From Haplodiscus bocki (Eukaryota): 64,000 nt of DNA. The stretch spans positions 89,838,001 through 89,902,000 of the forward strand of contig OZ296655.1 in the NCBI GenBank assembly GCA_965655095.1, written 5' to 3'. The notes beneath the pieces are model-generated. The model did no database searches, was not told the DNA's origin, and saw only the letters and a program-made list of their open reading frames with translations. This document shows positions 42,001 through 54,200 of the stretch, piece by piece. Positions within the stretch are counted from its first letter, which is position 1, and every line of letters begins with the position of its first letter. A program made the position numbers and the translations under genes.

Positions 42001-44659
42001 TTCCTGTTTTAATACGTTCAAAACTTTAGCCTATCTTCCACAATGTTGATCTTTAGCATCTTTCGATTTACTGTTGCCTATCTTGAGACATTGCCGAACT
42101 ATAGCGTATCCTTTTACATTACGAAACTATTTTACCACAATGCCAATTTTAGCCGCTCTTGATACAATGCCACTCTTTTTCAGGACCTTGCCGGAAAATA
42201 GCGTATTTTTATACAAAATCAACCTACCACAAAACATTGACAAACGGTAGTCTATCTTAAAAGACTGGCGAGCTGAAGCTAATGTTAAAGAACTTCCACC
42301 CTGTCTTTACACAATCTCGGAAAAAAAATTTCCCTCGTATAGCCTGTCTTTTTAAAATCCCGTCGGATTTCGCTTAAATGTTTTCAGCCATTTAGAATCC
42401 ATCATTACGTAACGCGAGAATTCTCGACTAAAATAGAGATCTTGTCGCGGCTCTCACATCAAATCGGGTTCATGTAGCTAATATTGAAACATGGGAATCT
42501 TCAAGACTTAAAAAACAATACAAACAAATTAGGCCCTAATACGGAGAAGATAATCATAAGAAGTCAACTAGCGAAGTCTTTGACGCTGCAGATGATTGTT
42601 GCTTACATGCTGCAACAGTGAAAGTAATGGACTTTCTGAAGAATAACCCTTCACTTCCCACTGAATTCTTCAAAGACTAAATTTCAGTAGGTCTTGATTT
42701 ACCTTCTTTGCAACTTGCTACTGAAATTTTTCATCATTTAAACATTAAGTCAATCTTTTGGCAAAATATCAAGTCAAAACAGTGTCTGCTGTCACCCTAA
42801 ACTATCCAGAGGCGTCATAAAAAGTCCACATCTTTCATCTTATGAACCTGTTGTCCTTGCAAATTCAAATCCGGGTATTTGCCGGATTTTTCGTTTTTAA
42901 CTTCAGTTTAAGAGTCTCGGGACCACCCTCCATCTAACCATTAAACCTAACGTACCGCTTCGAATTACATTTTATCTGAGCACGTTCTGGAATTATGAAT
43001 ACCCTAAAAATATCCAGAGTAAACGATATTTTATTATATTATCAACGTGTACTCTAGCTTAATGCTTTTTGGACGTGTACCCTTAGTCAATACAATGCAG
43101 AACTAGATCCCCTTTGAAAACTTTTCGGAAGTATTTTTTTTATTACGTTCCGAAATAAAGCCTATCTTCCGCATTGTTGATCTATAGCATCCTTCGATAT
43201 ACTGTTGCCTATCTTGAGACATTTCCAAAAAATGGCGTATCCTTTTATATTACGAAAATATTTTACCACAATGCCAATTTTAGCCGCTCTTGATACAATG
43301 CCACTCTTTTTCAGGACCTTGCCGGAAAATAGCGTATTTTTATACAAAATCAACCTACCACAAAACATTGACAAACGGTAGTCTATCTTAAAAGACTGCC
43401 GAGCTGAAGCTAATGTTAAAGAACTTCCACCCTGTCTTTACACATTCTCGGAAAAAAAATTTCCCTCGTATAGCCTGTCTTTTTAAAATCCCGTCGGATT
43501 TCGCTTAAATGTTTTCAGCCATTTAGAATCCATCATTACGTAACGCGAGAATTCTCGACTAAAATAGAGATCTTGTCGCGGCTCTCACATCAAATCGGGT
43601 TCATGTAGCTAATATTGAAACATGGGAATCTTCAAGACTTAAAAAACAATACAAACAAATTAGGCCCTAATACGGAGAAGATAATCATAAGAAGTCAACT
43701 AGCGAAGTCTTTGACGCTGCAGATGATTGTTGCTTACATGCTGCAACAGTGAAAGTAATGGACTTTCTGAAGAATAACCCTTCACTTCCCACTGAATTCT
43801 TCAAAGACTAAATTTCAGTAGGTCTTGATTTACCTTCTTTGCAACTTGCTACTGAAATTTTTCATCATTTAAACATTAAGTCAATCTTTTGGCAAAATAT
43901 CAAGTCAAAACAGTGTCTGCTGTCACCCTAAACTATCCAGAGGCGTCATAAAAAGTCCACATCTTTCATCGTATGAACCTGTTGTCCTTGCAAATTCAAA
44001 TCCGGGTATTTGCCGGATTTTTCGTTTTTAACTTCAGTTTAAGAGTCTCGGGACCACCCTCCATCTAACCATTAAACCTAACGTACCGCTTCGAATTACA
44101 TTTTATCTGAGCACGTTCTGGAATTATGAATACCCTAAAAATATCCAGAGTAAACGATATTTTATTATATTATCAACGTGTACTCTAGCTTAATGCTTTT
44201 TGGACGTGTACCATTAGTCAATACAATGCAGAACTAGATCCCCTTTGAAAACTTTTCGGAAGTATTTTTTTTATTACGTTCTGAAATAAAGCCTATCTTC
44301 CGCATTGTTGATCTATAGCATCCTTCGATATACTGTTGCCTATCTTGAGACATTTCCAAAAAATGGCGTATCCTTTTATATTACGAAAATATTTTACCAC
44401 ATTGCCGATAATTAGCTTCTCCTCATTCAATGCCGCTCTGTTTTAGGACATTACCGAAATATAGCGTAATGTAATACAAAATCAACCTACCTTAAAACAT
44501 TGACAAATTATAGCCTATCTCAATAAATTGGCGAACTGGAGCTGATCTTAAAAACTGCCATCCCGTTTTTACACAATCTCGGAAGATAAACCTTTCCATG
44601 TATGGCCTGTCTTTTTGCAATCCGTCGGTTTTCGCATAAGTGTTTTGAGCCATTCAGAA

Positions 44660-47600
44660 TCCATCATTACGTAACGCGAGACTTCTCGACTAAAATAGCG
44701 ATCTTGTCGCGGCTCTCACATCAAATCGGTTTCATGTAGCTAATTTTGAAAAATGGGAATCTTTAAGACCTAAAAGACAATACAAACAACTTAGGACCCA
44801 ATACAGAGAAGATAATCAGAAGAAGTCAACCAGCGACGTCTTTGACGCTGCAGATAATTGTTGCTTACATGCTGCAGCAGTGAAATCAATGAAGTTTGAA
44901 AAGATTAACCCTTCTATTCGAATTGAAGTCTTCAAAGACTAAATTTTACCAGGTCTTAATTTACCTTCTTTGCAATTTGCTTTTGGAATTTTTCATAATT
45001 TGAACATCAGTTCAATATTTGGCAAATTATCAAGTCAAAACAGTGTCTGCAGTCATCCTAAACTCTCCAGAGGCGTCATACTTCGTCCACATCGTTCCTA
45101 CTACAAAATTGTTGTCGCTGCAATTTCATATCCGGGGATTTGCCGAATTTTTCATTTTTTAACTTTAGTTTAATAGTCCCGGGACTACCCTCCGAAAAAC
45201 CATTAAACCTAACGTACCGCTTCGAATTATATTTTATCTGAATACAATCTGGAACTAAAACTACCCTAAAAATATCCAAAGTAAACGATATTTTATTACA
45301 TTATCAACGTGTACTCTAGCTTAAAGCTTTTTGGACGTGTACCCTTACTCAATACGTTGCAGATCTGTACCCCATTTGAAAACTTTTCCGAAGTAATTTT
45401 TTTTATTACGCTCCGAAATAAAGCCTATCTTCCGCATTGTTGATCTATAGCATCCTTCGATATACTGTTGCCTATCTTGAGACATTTCCAAAAAATGGCG
45501 TATCCTTTTATATTACGAAAATATTTTACCACATTGCCGATAATTAGCTTCTCTTCATTCAATGCCGCTCTGTTTTGCGACATTACCGAAATATAGCGTA
45601 ATGTAATACAAAATCAACCTACCTTAAAACATTGACAAATTATAGCCTATCTCAATAAATTGGCGAACTGGAGCTGATCTTAAAAACTGCCATCCCGTTT
45701 TTACACAATCTCGGAAGATAAACTTTCCCTAGTATAGCCTGTCTTACTACAATCCCCTCGGATTTCGCATAAGTGTTTTCAGCCATTCAGAATCCATCAT
45801 TACGTAACGCGAGACTTCTCGACTAAAATAGCGATCTTGTCGCGGCTCTCACATCAAATCGGTTTCATGTAGCTAATTTTGAAACATGGGAATCTTTAAG
45901 ACCTAAAAGACAATACAAACAAATTAGGACCCAATACAGAGAAGATAATCAGAAGAAGTCAACGAGCGACGTCTTTGACGCTGCAGATAATTGTTGCTTA
46001 CATGCTGCAGCAGTGAAAGCAATGAAGTTTGAAAAGATTAACCCTTCTATTCGAATAGAAATCTTCAAAGACTAAATTTTACCAGGTCTTAATTTACCTT
46101 CTTTGCAATTTGCTTTTGGAATTTTTCATAATTTGAACATCAGTTCAATATTTTGGCAAAGTATCAAGTCAAAACAGTGTCTGCAGTCATCCTAAACTCT
46201 CCAGAGGCGTCATACTTCGTCCACATCGTTCCTCCTACAAAATTGTTGTCGCTGCAATTTCATATCCGGGGATTTGCCGAATTTTTCATTTTTTAACTTT
46301 AGTTTAATAGTCCCGGGACTACCCTCCGAAAAACCATTAAACCTAACGTACCGCTTCGAATTATATTTTATCTGAATACAATCCGGAACTAAAACTACCC
46401 TAAAAATATCCAAAGTAAACGATATTTTATTACATTATCAACGTGTACTCTAGCTTAAAGCTTTTTGGACGTGTACCCTTACTCAATACGTTGCAGATCT
46501 GTACCCCATTTGAAAACTTTTCCGAAGTAATTTTTTTTATTACGCTCCGAAATAAAGCCTATCTTCCGCATTGTTGATCTATAGCATCCTTCGATATACT
46601 GTTGCCTATCTTGAGACATTTCCAAAAAATGGCGTATCCTTTCATATTACGAAAATATTTTACCACATTGCCGATAATTAGCTTCTCTTCATTCAATGCC
46701 GCTCTGTTTTGGGACATTACCGAAATATAGCGTAATGTAATACAAAATCAACCTACCTTAAAACATTGACAAATTATAGCCTATCTCAATAAATTGGCGA
46801 ACTTGAGCTGATCTTAAAAACTGCCATCCCGTTTTTACACAATCTCGGAAGATAAACTTTCCCTAGTATAGCCTGTCTTACTACAATCCCCTCGGATTTC
46901 GCATAAGTGTTTTCAGCCATTCAGAATCCATCATTAAGTAACGCGAGACTTCTCGACTAAAATAGCGATCTTGTCGCGGCTCTCACATCAAATCGGTTTC
47001 ATGTAGCTAATTTTGAAACATGGGAATCTTTAAGACCTAAAAGACAATACAAACAACTTAGGACCCAATACAGAGAAGATAATCAGAAGAAGTCAACCAG
47101 CGACGTCTTTGACGCTGCAGATAATTGTTGCTTACATGCTGCAGCAGTGAAATCAATGAAGTTTGAAAAGATTAACCCTTCTATTCGAATTGAAGTCTTC
47201 AAAGACTAAATTTTACCAGGTCTTAATTTACCTTCTTTGCAATTTGCTTTTGGAATTTTTCATAATTTGAACATCAGTTCAATATTTTGGCAAAGTATCA
47301 AGTCAAAACAGTGTCTGCAGTCATCCTAAACTCTCCAGAGGCGTCATACTTCGTCCACATCGTTCCTCCTACAAAATTGTTGTCGCTGCAATTTCATATC
47401 CGGGGATTTGCCGAATTTTTCATTTTTTAACTTTAGTTTAATAGTCCCGGGACTACCCTCCGAAAAACCATTAAACCTAACGTACCGCTTCGAATTATAT
47501 TTTATCTGAATACAATCTGGAACTAAAACTACCCTATAAATATCCAAAGTAAACGATATTTTATTACATTATCAACGTGTACTCTAGCTTAAAGCTTTTT

Positions 47601-48270
47601 GGACGTGTACCCTTACTCAATACGTTGCAGATCTGTACCCCATTTGAAAACTTTTCCGAAGTAATTTTTTTTATTACGCTCCGAAATAAAGCCTACCTTC
47701 CGCATTGTTCATCTATAGCATCTTTCGATATACTGTTGCCTATCTTGAGACATTTCCGAAATATGGCGTATCTTTTTAGATTACGAAAATCTTTTACCAC
47801 ATTGCCGATATTTAGCTTCTCTTGATTCAATGCAGCTCCGTTTTAGGACATTACCAAAATAAAGCGTAATGTAATTCAAAATCAACTTACCTTCAAAAAA
47901 TGACAAATTACAGCCTATCTCAATAAATTGGCGAACTGGAGCTAATCCTAAAAACTGCCACCCCGTCTTTACACAATCTCGGAAGATAAACTTTCCCTAG
48001 TATAGCCTGTCTTACTACAATCCACTCGGATTTCGCATAAGTGTTTTCAGCCATTCAGAATCCATCATTACGTAACGCGAGACTTCTCGACTAAAATAGC
48101 GATTCTGTCGCGGCTCTCACATCAAATCGGTTTCATGTAGCTAATTTTGAAACATGGGAATCTTTAAGACCTAAAAGACAATACAAACAAATTAGGACCC
48201 AATACAGAGAAGATAATCAGAAGAAGTCAACCAGCGACGTCTTTGACGCTGCAGATAATTGTTGCTTACA
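44660..48270 (+). repeat. Block of about 3 near-identical 1134 bp monomers of a distinct subfamily
   Basis: These monomers share CTTTAAGACCTAAAAGAC, AGGACCCAATAC, GAAGTTTGAAAAGATTAACC, TAATAGTCCCGGG and GCAGATCTGTACC. ORFs fall at 45076/46210/47344. Confidence 0.88.
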
Positions 48271-51200
48271 TGCTGCAACAGTGAAAGTAAGGAACTTTCG
48301 GAAGAATAACACTTCAATTCCTATTGAAATCTTCAAAGACTAAATTTCACTAGGTCTTGATTTACCTTCTTTGCAACTTGCTTTTAGAATTTTTCATAAT
48401 TTGAACATCAGTTCGATATTTCGGCAAAGTATCAAGTCAAAACAGTGTCTGCAGTCATCCTAAACTTTCCACAGGCGTCATAATTCTTCCACATCGTTCC
48501 TCCTACAAACTTGTTGTCGCTGCAATTTCATATCCGGGGATTTGCCGGATTTTTCATTTTTTAACTTTAGTTTAAGAGTCCCGGGACTACCCTCTGAGAA
48601 ACCATTAAACCTAACGTAACGCTTCGAACTATATCTTATCTGAACACGTTCTCGAAGTATATCTACCCTAAAGACATCCAAAGTAAACGTTATTTTATTA
48701 CATTATCAACGTGTAAACTAGCCTATTGCTTTTTGGACGTGTACCCTTACGTAATACGTTGCAGAAGTATACCCCATTTGAAATTTTTTCCGGAGTACTT
48801 TCTATTTTATTACGTTCCAAAATATAGCCTATCTTCCGCATTGTTGATCTATACTATCTTTCGACATACTGTTGCCTATCTCGAGACATTTCCGAAATAT
48901 GGCGTATCCTTTTACATTACGAAACTATGTAACCACAAAGCAAATATTTAGCCTCTCTTGATAAAATGCCGCTCTTTTTTAGGAAAATTTCAAAAAATAG
49001 CGTATTGTTATACAAAAACTACCTACCTCAAAACATTGAAAAACGGTAGCCTAACTTAAAAGACTGGCGAGCTGAAGCTAATGTTAAAGAACTTCCACCC
49101 TGTCTTTACACAATCTCGGAAAAAAATTTCCCTCGTATAGCCTGTCTTTTTACAATCACGTCGGATTTCGCATAAGTGTTTTCAGCCGTTCAGAGTTCAT
49201 CATTACGTAGCGCAAGAGTTCTCGATTGAAATAGAGATTTTGTCGCGACTCTCATATCAAATCGGTTTCATGTAGCTAATTTTAAAACATGGGAATCTTC
49301 AAGACTTAAAAAACAATACCAACAAATTAGGCCCTAACGCAGAGAAGATATTCAGAAGAAGTCAACTAGCGAAGTCTTCGACGCTGCAGATAATTGTTGC
49401 TTACATGCTGCAACAGTGAAAGTAAGGAACTTTCGGAAGAATAACACTTCAATTCCTATTGAAATCTTCAAAGACTAAATTTCACTAGGTCTTGATTTAC
49501 CTTCTTTGCAACTTGCTTTTAGAATTTTTCATAATTTGAACATCAGTTCGATATTTCGGCAAAGTATCAAGTCAAAACAGTGTCTGCAGTCATCCTAAAC
49601 TTTCCACAGGCGTCATAATTCTTCCACATCGTTCCTCCTACAAACTTGTTGTCGCTGCAATTTCATATCCGGGGATTTGCCGGATTTTTCATTTTTTAAC
49701 TTTAGTTTAAGAGTCCCGGGACTACCCTCTGAGAAACCATTAAACCTAACGTAACGCTTCGAACTATATCTTATCTGAACACGTTCTCGAAGTATATCTA
49801 CCCTAAAGACATCCAAAGTAAACGTTATTTTATTACATTATCAACGTGTAAACTAGCCTATTGCTTTTTGGACGTGTACCCTTACGTAATACGTTGCAGA
49901 AGTATACCCCATTTGAAATTTTTTCCGGAGTACTTTCTATTTTATTACGTTCCAAAATATAGCCTATCTTCCGCATTGTTGATCTATACTATCTTTCGAC
50001 ATACTGTTGCCTATCTCGAGACATTTCCGAAATATGGCGTATCCTTTTACATTACGAAACTATGTAACCACAAAGCAAATATTTAGCCTCTCTTGATAAA
50101 ATGCCGCTCTTTTTTAGGAAAATTTCAAAAAATAGCGTATTGTTATACAAAAACTACCTACCTCAAAACATTGAAAAACGGTAGCCTAACTTAAAAGACT
50201 GGCGAGCTGAAGCTAATGTTAAAGAACTTCCACCCTGTCTTTACACAATCTCGGAAAAAAATTTCCCTCGTATAGCCTGTCTTTTTACAATCACGTCGGA
50301 TTTCGCATAAGTGTTTTCAGCCGTTCAGAGTTCATCATTACGTAGCGCAAGAGTTCTCGATTGAAATAGAGATTTTGTCGCGACTCTCATATCAAATCGG
50401 TTTCATGTAGCTAATTTTAAAACATGGGAATCTTCAAGACTTAAAAAACAATACCAACAAATTAGGCCCTAACGCAGAGAAGATATTCAGAAGAAGTCAA
50501 CTAGCGAAGTCTTCGACGCTGCAGATAATTGTTGCTTACATGCTGCAACAGTGAAAGTAAGGAACTTTCGGAAGAATAACACTTCAATTCCTATTGAAAT
50601 CTTCAAAGACTAAATTTCACTAGGTCTTGATTTACCTTCTTTGCAACTTGCTTTTGGAATTTTTCATAATTTGAACATCAGTTCGATATTTTGGCAAAGT
50701 ATCAAGTCAAAACAGTGTCTGCAGTCATCCTAAACTTTCCACAGGCGTCATAATTCTTCCACATTGTTCCTCCTACAAACTTGTTGTCGCTGCAATTTCA
50801 TATCCGGGGATTTGCCGGATTTTTCATTTTTTAACTTTAGTTTAAGAGTCCCGGGACTACCCTCTGAGAAACCATTAAACCTAACGTAACGCTTCGAACT
50901 ATATCTTATCTGAACACGTTCTCGAAGTATATCTACCCTAAAGACATCCAAAGTAAACGTTATTGTATTACATTATCAACGTGTAAACTAGCCTATTGCT
51001 TTTTGGACGTGTACCCTTACGTAATACGTTGCAGAAGTATACCCCATTTGAAATTTTTTCCGGAGTACTTTCTATTTTATTACGTTCCAAAATATAGCCT
51101 ATCTTCCGCATTGTTGATCTATACTATCTTTCGACATACTTTTGCCTATCTCGAGACATTTCCGAAATATGGCGTATCCTTTTACATTACGAAACTATGT

Positions 51201-54200
51201 AACCACACAGCCAATATTTAGCCTCTCTTGATAAAATGCCGCTCTTTTTTAGGATATTATCAAAAAATGGCGTATTGTTATACAAAAACAACCTACCTCA
51301 AAACATTGAAAAACGGTAGCCTATCTTAAAAGACTGGCGAGCTGAAGCTAATGTTAAAGAACTTCCACCCTGTCTTTACACAATCTCGGAAAAAAAATTT
51401 CCCTCGTATAGCCTGTCTTTTTACAATCACGTCGGATTTCGCATAACTGTTTTCAGCCGTTCAGAGTTCATCATTACGTAGCGCAAGAGTTCTCGATTGA
51501 AATAGAGATTTTGTCGCGACTCTCATATCAAATCGGTTTCATGTAGCTAATTTTAAAACATGGGAATCTTCAAGACTTAAAAAACAATACCAACAAATTA
51601 AGCCCTAACGCAGAGAAGATATTCAGAAGAAGTCAACTAGCGATGTCTTCGACGCTGCAGATAATTGTTGCTTACATGCTGCAACAGTGAAAGTAAGGAA
51701 CTTTGGGAAGAATAACACTTCAATTCCTATTGAAATCTTCAAAGACTAAATTTCACTAGGTCTTGATTTACCTTCTTTGCAACTTGCTTTTGGAATTTTT
51801 CATAATTTGAACATCAGTTCGATTTTTTGGCAAAGTATCAAGTCAAAACAGTGTCTGCAGTCATCCTAAACTTTCCATAGGCGTCATAATTCTTCCACAT
51901 CGTTCCTCCTACAAACTTGTTGTCGCTGCAATTTCATATCCGGGGATTTGCCGGATTTTTCATTTTTTAACTTTAGTTTAAGAGTCCCGGGACTACCCTC
52001 TGAGAAACCATTAAACCTAACGTAACGCTTCGAACTATATCTTATCTGAACACGTTCTCGAAGTATATCTACCCTAAAGACATCCAAAGTAAACGTTATT
52101 TTATTACATTATCAACGTGTAAACTAGCCTATTGCTTTTTGGACGTGTACCCTTACGTAATACGTTGCAGAAGTATACCCCATTTGAAGTTTTTTCCGGA
52201 GTACTTTCTATTTTATTACGTTCCAAAATATAGCCTATCTTCCGCATTGTTGATCTATACTATCTTTCGACATACTGTTGCCTATCTCGAGACATTTCCG
52301 AAATATGGCGTATCCTTTTACATTACGAAACTATGTAACCACAAAGCCAATATTTAGCCTCTCTTGATAAAATGCCGCTCTTTTTTAGGACAATATCAAA
52401 AAATGGCGTATTGTTATACAAAAACAACCTACCTCAAAACATTGAAAAACAGTAGCCTATCTTAAAAGACTGGCGAGCTGAAGCTAATGTTAAAGAACTT
52501 CCACCCTGTCTTTACACAATCTCGGAAAAAAAATTTCCCTCGTATAGCCTGTCTTTTTACAATCACGTCGGATTTCGCATAAGTGTTTTCAGCCGTTCAG
52601 AGTTCATCATTACGTAGCGCAAGAGTTCTCGATTGAAATAGAAATTTTGTCGCGACTCTCATATCAAATCGGTTTCATGTAGCTAATTTTAAAACATGGG
52701 AATCTTCAAGACTTAAAAAACAATACCAACAAATTAGGCCCTAACGCAGAGAAGATATTCAGAAGAAGTCAACTAGCGAAGTCTTCAACGCTGCAGATAA
52801 TTGTTGCTTACATGCTGCAACAGTGAAAGTAAGGAACTTTCGGAAGAATAACACTTCAATTCCTATTGAAATCTTCAAAGACTAACTTTCACTAGGTCTT
52901 GATTTACCTTCTTTGCAACTTGCTTTTGGAATTTTTCATAATTTGAACATCAGTTCGATTTTTTGGCAAAGTATCAAGTCAAAACAGTGTCTGCAGTCAT
53001 CCTAAACTTTCCATAGGCGTCATAATTCTTCCACATCGTTCCTCCTACAAACTTGTTGTCGCTGCAATTTCATATCCGGGGATTTGCCGGATTTTTCATT
53101 TTTTAACTTTAGTTTAAGAGTCCCGGGACTACCCTCTGAGAAACCATTAAACCTAACGTAACGCTTCGAACTATATCTTATCTGAACACGTTCTCGAAGT
53201 ATATCTACCCTAAAGACATCCAAAGTAAACGTTATTTTATTACATTATCAACGTGTAAACTAGCCTATTGCTTTTTGGACGTGTACCCTTACGTAATACG
53301 TTGCAGAAGTATACCCCATTTGAAGTTTTTTCCGGAGTACTTTCTATTTTATTACGTTCCAAAATATAGCCTATCTTCCGCATTGTTGATCTATACTATC
53401 TTTCGACATACTGTTGCCTATCTCGAGACATTTCCGAAATATGGCGTATCCTTTTACATTACGAAACTATGTAACCACAAAGCCAATATTTAGCCTCTCT
53501 TGATAAAATGCCGCTCTTTTTTAGGACAATATCAAAAAATGGCGTATTGTTATACAAAAACAACCTACCTCAAAACATTGAAAAACAGTAGCCTATCTTA
53601 AAAGACTGGCGAGCTGAAGCTAATGTTAAAGAACTTCCACCCTGTCTTTACACAATCTCGGAAAAAAAATTTCCCTCGTATAGCCTGTCTTTTTACAATC
53701 ACGTCGGATTTCGCATAAGTGTTTTCAGCCGTTCAGAGTTCATCATTACGTAGCGCAAGAGTTCTCGATTGAAATAGAAATTTTGTCGCGACTCTCATAT
53801 CAAATCGGTTTCATGTAGCTAATTTTAAAACATGGGAATCTTCAAGACTTAAAAAACAATACCAACAAATTAGGCCCTAACGCAGAGAAGATATTCAGAA
53901 GAAGTCAACTATCGAAGTCTTCGACGCTGCAGATAATTGTTGCTTACATGCTGCAACAGTGAAAGTAAGAAACTTTCGGAAGAATAACACTTCAATTCCT
54001 ATTGAAATCTTCGAAGACTAAATTTCACTAGGTCTTGATTTACCTTCTTTGCAACTTGCTTTTAGAATTTTTCATAATTTGAACATCAGTTCGATATTTT
54101 GGCAAAGTATCAAGTCAAAACAGTGTCTGCAGTCATCCTAAACTTTCCACAGGCGTCATAATTCTTCCACATCGTTCCTCCTACAAACTTGTTGTCGCTG

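Larger units (their letters stand above)
21241..48270 (+). repeat. Layer 3: mosaic subfamilies of the ~1134 bp monomer with local monomer and dimer duplications
   Basis: Monomers share AGCCATTCAG and the shortened CGGAAGAAAAA..TCCCTAGTATAG segment but differ in patches. Near-identical neighbours lie at offsets 1128 (23812/24940), 1133 (27961/29094), 2262 (32418/34680), 2270 (37494/39764) and 1134 (45076/46210/47344). Confidence 0.88.
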
